From: Tricharina praecox
Taxonomy: Eukaryota
DNA length: 64,000 nucleotides
Reading direction: 5' to 3'
NCBI RefSeq assembly: GCF_024521635.1
Contig: NW_026250412.1
Location: 558,001 to 622,000, forward strand
Positions within the stretch are counted from its first letter, which is position 1; every line of letters begins with the position of its first letter. The notes below the pieces were generated by a model, which had not been told where the DNA came from, ran no database searches, and worked only from the letters and a program-made list of their open reading frames with translations. The translations under genes and the position numbers were made by a program. Shown here one piece after another: positions 63,321 through 64,000 of the stretch.

Positions 63321-64000
63321 CTAATAAATCCCCGGCACAATCCTCCACGGCACGACCTTCGTGTAGCGATCCCAGTCCTTGCCGTACTTAGCTCTACACT
63401 TCGCCTCGTCCCTCCTATCACGGTGGACCAGGAGCACGGCGAAGTAGACGACATAGAAGTAAGTGACGGGGGTCTTGAATCCGGTGGGGAGACACCACGC
63501 CCAAGCCATGATCCAGTCGCCCAGGTAGTTGACATGTCTCGCGACAGCCCACCATCCGGAGACGAGGAGTCTGCTGCCGCTCTTCGTCTCGATGAACTTG
63601 AGGTGGGCGACCTTCGGGTCCTCCGGGTTCGTGCGGAACTTGTTCTTCTCGCCGTTGGAGCCACGGAAGATGTAGTAGCCTGTCGCCTGCACCGCGAGGA
63701 CGCCGAGCACGCCCCGCACCCCAAGGTCGGTCGGGTACATGGCGAGGTACCGCGCCTGCAGAGAGTACACGAACGGCAGCCACGCCAGGTCACCGAACGC
63801 GAGCATGAACCCGAACCCATCCGTCGTGATGTCCATCGTTGTCAGCACCGCGGGCTCGTTGATGAAGCTGTCGATCACGTACCACGCCTGGAACGCGTTC
63901 ACAAGGAGCATGCTGTCTGTCACGCGTCCGGCGGTCGTGTATTGGTGCGCGAGGAACGTGAAGTTCAGGATCGGCCACAGGATCATCCCTGGGCGGAGCT
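63321..64000 (-). CDS. ERG24: Delta(14)-sterol reductase (C-14 sterol reductase), 5'-truncated by the window edge
   Basis: LRPGMILW, TMDITTDGFGFMLAFGDL, LLVSGWW..RHVNYLGDW, HRDRRDEAKCRAKYGKDW, VPWRIVPGIY*. Confidence 0.95.
   Translation of the reverse strand, partial: LRPGMILWPILNFTFLAHQYTTAGRVTDSMLLVNAFQAWYVIDSFINEPAVLTTMDITTDGFGFMLAFGDLAWLPFVYSLQARYLAMYPTDLGVRGVLGVLAVQATGYYIFRGSNGEKNKFRTNPEDPKVAHLKFIETKSGSRLLVSGWWAVARHVNYLGDWIMAWAWCLPTGFKTPVTYFYVVYFAVLLVHRDRRDEAKCRAKYGKDWDRYTKVVPWRIVPGIY

Noticed and set aside
52618..64000. Metabolic gene cluster (ADH, ACL, ERG24) channelling acetyl-CoA to sterols
   Set aside because: The acl pair linkage is already known, TPT1 interrupts the run, and there is no evidence of co-regulation beyond adjacency.

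Overview
Eukaryotic DNA from a filamentous ascomycete: short GT..CTRAC..YAG introns, many microsatellites and long intergenic tracts. It is possibly Pezizomycetes-like, but I cannot prove the class. There are no prokaryotic features, CRISPR arrays, rRNA or convincing tRNA. I rebuilt spliced gene models by hand, and every exon sum is a multiple of 3. The right half (46-64 kb) is housekeeping: FAN1 nuclease, Yippee/MOH1, a Zn-dependent MDR dehydrogenase, the divergent ATP-citrate lyase pair acl2/acl1, TPT1 and the 3' part of ERG24. The middle holds an Asg1-like Zn2Cys6 factor with a ~10.8 kb upstream desert, a Ser/Thr-rich single-TM protein with no visible signal peptide, and an orphan with a basic NLS-like run. 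The left accessory block (5.5-14 kb) is the most interesting and is largely hidden in the ORF track. It contains a tandem pair of 4-exon Tyr/Asn/Ser/Gly-repeat genes, one carrying an extra ~150 aa C-terminal region. It also contains two divergent 4-TM MARVEL-like genes, one with a pheromone-precursor-like RKR|EA-MP site in its predicted luminal loop and a gliadin-like Q/P tail. Non-coding signals: a recurrent CGAGTGAT/ATCACTCG word, competing stems in the long acl2 intron, a candidate spliced uORF, and several local repeats. I cannot demonstrate a wholly new system from sequence alone; all functional ideas are inference.
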